Source: Meiothermus sp.
GTDB lineage: Bacteria > Deinococcota > Deinococci > Deinococcales > Thermaceae
Assembly: GCA_033762915.1 (NCBI GenBank)
Contig: JANRLD010000117.1
Location: 1-18,134 of the forward strand
DNA length: 18,134 bases
Direction: 5' to 3'
The notes under the pieces are model-generated. The model did not search any database and was not told the DNA's origin. It was given only the letters and a program-made list of their open reading frames with translations. Shown piece by piece: positions 15,013-18,134 of this stretch. The first letter of the stretch is position 1, and every line of letters starts with the position of its first letter. The position numbers were made by a program, and so were the translations under genes.

Positions 15013-18000
15013 CTACCCCGCGCCGCGCAGCTTTAGGAAGACCTTCACCAGCTCCGGGTCGAGATGGCCGCTCTTGGCGCTGCGGCTTAGTTCCTGGCAG
15101 GCCTGCGCCAGGGGGAAGGCCTGCTTGTAGGGGCGCTCGGAGATGAGGGCGTCGAAGACATCGCAGATGGCAAAGATGCGGGCCATCAGGGGGATTTGCT
15201 GGCCCCTCAGGCCGTCGGGGTAGCCCTTGCCGTCCCAGCGCTCGTGGTGGTGGCGCACAACCAGCCGGGCGTCGTCGGGCAGGAAGGGAAGCTGGCGGGC
15301 CAAGGTCTCGCCGTCGGCGGCGTGCAGCATGATCTTCGCGCGCTCCTCGGCGGTGAGGGGGCCGGGCTTCAGGAGGATGGCGTCAGAGACCATGATCTTG
15401 CCGATGTCGTGCAGGTAGGCCCCCCAGCGCAGGTCGCGCAGCTGGGAGGGGGAGAGGCCGACCGCCTGGCCCAGATCGCTCGAGGTTTGCACCACCCGGT
15501 CGGTGTGCCCGGCGGTCTCCGAGTCTCTGGCCTCAAGCGCTAGCCCTATGGCCCGCAGCGCCCCCTCGTAGGCCGCCTGGCGGACCTCGTGCTGGCGCTG
15601 GGCGGTCACCAGGGCGGTGATCTGGAGGGCGAACTGACGGGCGGTCTCGGCAGAGTCCGGGCCGAACGCGCGGGGGTCGGAGAGGTTTTCGAGGTTGATG
15701 CAGGCGTACACCTCGCCGTCCAGGAAGATCGGGATTCCCAGGGTAGCCCGAATCTGATCCAGCTTGCCGTGGGTCTCGAGCAGGCTGAACTGATCGGGTG
15801 TCATATGCCGGGAGTTGAAGTCGAGCACCGCCTGGAAGAACTCCCCGTCCTCGACACGGGGGACGTTGTGCCGTTGGCCGGGAGACTTGAACCAGTGGTT
15901 CAGCAGTTCGGGCCCAAACTGGAGGCCCAACAGGGCGTCGCTGTAGCCGTGCTGGGCCACCATCACGAAGCCCTGGGCGTTGCGGATAAAGATGCTGCCC
16001 GCCTCGGCCCCGGGGACGATCTCAACGGCGGAGTCCAGCAGGTTGGGCCAGATGTGTTCGCACTGGCTTTCCACCACCGCCAAGACGGTATCGCGCAGGG
16101 TCTGGGTCTCGCGCAACTGGCGGCTCAACCTGCGCGTGGCGTCGGTGCGTTTTAGCAGCGCGCCGATCATCCGGGCTGCCCCGTCCATGACGCGGCGCTC
16201 GAGGTCGCTCCAGGGGCGGGTCTCGCGGCGGAAGAAGCCCAGCCCGCTCTCCACTCCCGGCTCGAGGGCTGCGGTGGTGAGGTACATGCTCCCCACCCCG
16301 AAGTTCTTCAGGGCCGAGAAGCCAGAGGCCTGGCTGATATCCACGATGTGCAGCCGCTCGTGAAGCTCAATCCCGGCCTGCCGAAGTCGATTTTGCGGGA
16401 TCAAACCCCCATCCTCGATGGGTAGGATGGGCTCGCCCGCCATCATGCGAACGCGGATGGTCTGATCGTCGTAGTCGCCCAACGTCACCAGGTCGGCCTG
16501 GGCCAGACCCCGGATCTGCTCGAGGGCCAGCTCAAGGCTATCGGGCCGGTCCGATTCGATCAGGTGGGACAGCTCGAGCAGGACCTCCTTGGCCCGCAGT
16601 TCTTGCTCGAGGCGCTGCTTGTAGGCCAGGCGCTGGAGGGCGTTGGCGGCCACGCTGGCGATGATTTTTACGGTCTTGATATCCTGGTCGCGGATGGCCC
16701 CGGTTTCCGGGTGCGAGAGGCCAAGGGTGCCCAGGGGCCGCCCGCCCTCGTCGAACATGGGCACGTAGAGGATCGAGCGCAGGCGGCTCGCGCTGTCGGG
16801 AAAGTAGCCCCTGGGGTCGTTTGGGGCATCCTGAGAGAAGACCGGCTGGCCGCCCTCAAGGGCCGCCCAGGTGAGCCCTTCGCCCTTGGGCACTCCCCCC
16901 GGAACCCAGCCGCTCAGTCCGTAAGTCGCCACGTTCTGCACCGACTGCCCGTCGGGGCTGACCAGGTTGACGGTGGCCTGGGATGCCCCAGTCAGGGCGG
17001 CAATCTGTTGGGCCAGACCGTCGGCGGCCCCCTGCACGCTGGCCACGTCGTTGAGCGCCCTCGAGACCGCCGCCACAATCTCCAGCTCGCGGTTGCGGGC
17101 CTCCAGCTGCTTGGCCCGTGATACCCGGGTGATCACCGCGCCCAGGGTCTGCGAGGCCGAGCGCAGCAGGTTGAGCTCGGCCTGGTTCCAGCCTCGGCGC
17201 TCCTTGGTGCGGTGAAGGATCAAGCCCTCGAGCTGATCGTCGGTGTTCATGCTGAGCACCAGAGAGGCCCTCACCCCGAAGCGCCTCATGGCCGGGGCCA
17301 GCAGATGATCCTGGTCGTCGAGCACCTGGTACTCGTCGCCCAACAGCGCTTGAACCTTCCGGGCGTGCTCCACCGGAATGCCCCCCGCGAAGCCCTGGGC
17401 CAGCTCGGTGGAGGCGTCCCCCAGCCACAACCGTGGGCGGTACACTTCGCCGTCCAGCACGGTCACCACCGCCACCTCGGCCCCGGCCATCCGCCGGATT
17501 TCCTCCAGTGCTTGGCGGACGTGTTCGTCGGTGTTGCCCTCGAGCATAGAAGACAACCGCAGCAAGGCCTGCTTCTCGGCCAGCTCGGACTGAACCTTGC
17601 GCTGGCTGTTGATGCGCTCGAGGGTGTTGGCGAGGGCGGTGGCGACCAGCGAGAGCTGGTTGATCTGGGTCTCGTCCGGCTCGGCGGAGGCCTCGTACCC
17701 TACCAGAATCACCCCCAGCAGCTCCCGTCGGCTGTCGAGGATGGGCATCGTTACCAGCTCACGGAAGGGGCTCCTGACTTGGGGTGGGAGAAAGCCGGCC
17801 TCGTCCTGGGTGGCCCGGAATATCCCGAAGCGCTCAAACGGGAAAGCGCCGGCGGGCAGGGTCAGCTTCTTGAACTCGCCGAACCGGCCCGTGCCTGCGA
17901 CGCAGCGAAGCATCGCCTCGTCGGCCAAGAGCAGTGCCCCGTTCTTAAGGCCCATCAGGCGCCAGGTGGTGACCAGGGCCTTATGCGCCGCCTCCTCCGG

Positions 18001-18087
18001 GGTCTCCACGGTGGCGAGGGTTCGCAGCAGCTCGATGGTGATCTGTGACTTAAGTTTGGTCGTGTTTTTTGTGTCGCTGGCTAGCAT
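15013..18087 (-). CDS. Multi-GAF sensor HD-GYP phosphodiesterase (cyclic di-nucleotide signalling)
   Basis: The C-terminus has ALEARDSETAGHTDRV, LHDIGK, ILLKPGPLT, HHERWDGKGYPDGL, ARIFAICDVFDAL and RPYK. About five GAF-like segments precede it, joined by coiled helices. Confidence 0.92.
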   Translation of the reverse strand: MLASDTKNTTKLKSQITIELLRTLATVETPEEAAHKALVTTWRLMGLKNGALLLADEAMLRCVAGTGRFGEFKKLTLPAGAFPFERFGIFRATQDEAGFLPPQVRSPFRELVTMPILDSRRELLGVILVGYEASAEPDETQINQLSLVATALANTLERINSQRKVQSELAEKQALLRLSSMLEGNTDEHVRQALEEIRRMAGAEVAVVTVLDGEVYRPRLWLGDASTELAQGFAGGIPVEHARKVQALLGDEYQVLDDQDHLLAPAMRRFGVRASLVLSMNTDDQLEGLILHRTKERRGWNQAELNLLRSASQTLGAVITRVSRAKQLEARNRELEIVAAVSRALNDVASVQGAADGLAQQIAALTGASQATVNLVSPDGQSVQNVATYGLSGWVPGGVPKGEGLTWAALEGGQPVFSQDAPNDPRGYFPDSASRLRSILYVPMFDEGGRPLGTLGLSHPETGAIRDQDIKTVKIIASVAANALQRLAYKQRLEQELRAKEVLLELSHLIESDRPDSLELALEQIRGLAQADLVTLGDYDDQTIRVRMMAGEPILPIEDGGLIPQNRLRQAGIELHERLHIVDISQASGFSALKNFGVGSMYLTTAALEPGVESGLGFFRRETRPWSDLERRVMDGAARMIGALLKRTDATRRLSRQLRETQTLRDTVLAVVESQCEHIWPNLLDSAVEIVPGAEAGSIFIRNAQGFVMVAQHGYSDALLGLQFGPELLNHWFKSPGQRHNVPRVEDGEFFQAVLDFNSRHMTPDQFSLLETHGKLDQIRATLGIPIFLDGEVYACINLENLSDPRAFGPDSAETARQFALQITALVTAQRQHEVRQAAYEGALRAIGLALEARDSETAGHTDRVVQTSSDLGQAVGLSPSQLRDLRWGAYLHDIGKIMVSDAILLKPGPLTAEERAKIMLHAADGETLARQLPFLPDDARLVVRHHHERWDGKGYPDGLRGQQIPLMARIFAICDVFDALISERPYKQAFPLAQACQELSRSAKSGHLDPELVKVFLKLRGAG

Positions 18088-18134
18088 GTCCTCGTCCCCC
18101 CCGAGGGATGGTGCTCTTGATTTGACGCAATATC

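Noticed and set aside
18088..18134. c-di-GMP riboswitch upstream of the HD-GYP gene
   Set aside because: Only 47 nt are visible and no GEMM-type features are seen.

Overview
GC-rich bacterial chromosomal window, most likely from Thermaceae (Meiothermus/Calidithermus-like). This is inferred from the protein families, the TANNNT -10 hexamers 6-8 nt before start codons, and a strong excess of CTCGAG. Contents, left to right: a 104-bp MITE-like element flanked by TAA duplications; a small lipoprotein; a minus-strand unit of RHH antitoxin, PIN/VapC and Na/Pi-cotransporter-PhoU behind a Pho-box-like direct repeat; a divergent AfuABC-type ABC transporter with sugar-phosphate-binding residues; a convergent Gpr/YghZ-type aldo-keto reductase; a PLP aminotransferase plus DinB-family gene behind a long structured leader (leaderless 11-codon ORF, intrinsic terminator, possible pseudoknot at the SD); an E1 alpha/beta 2-oxoacid dehydrogenase pair without E2/E3; an M20 peptidase; a 2 x 41-bp REP-like tandem repeat; and a multi-GAF HD-GYP phosphodiesterase. 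The best candidates for something new are (i) the putatively phosphate-regulated vapBC-Na/Pi unit, (ii) the attenuator/pseudoknot leader of the aminotransferase, and (iii) the HIP-like CTCGAG iteration. All calls were made by eye, without database searches.
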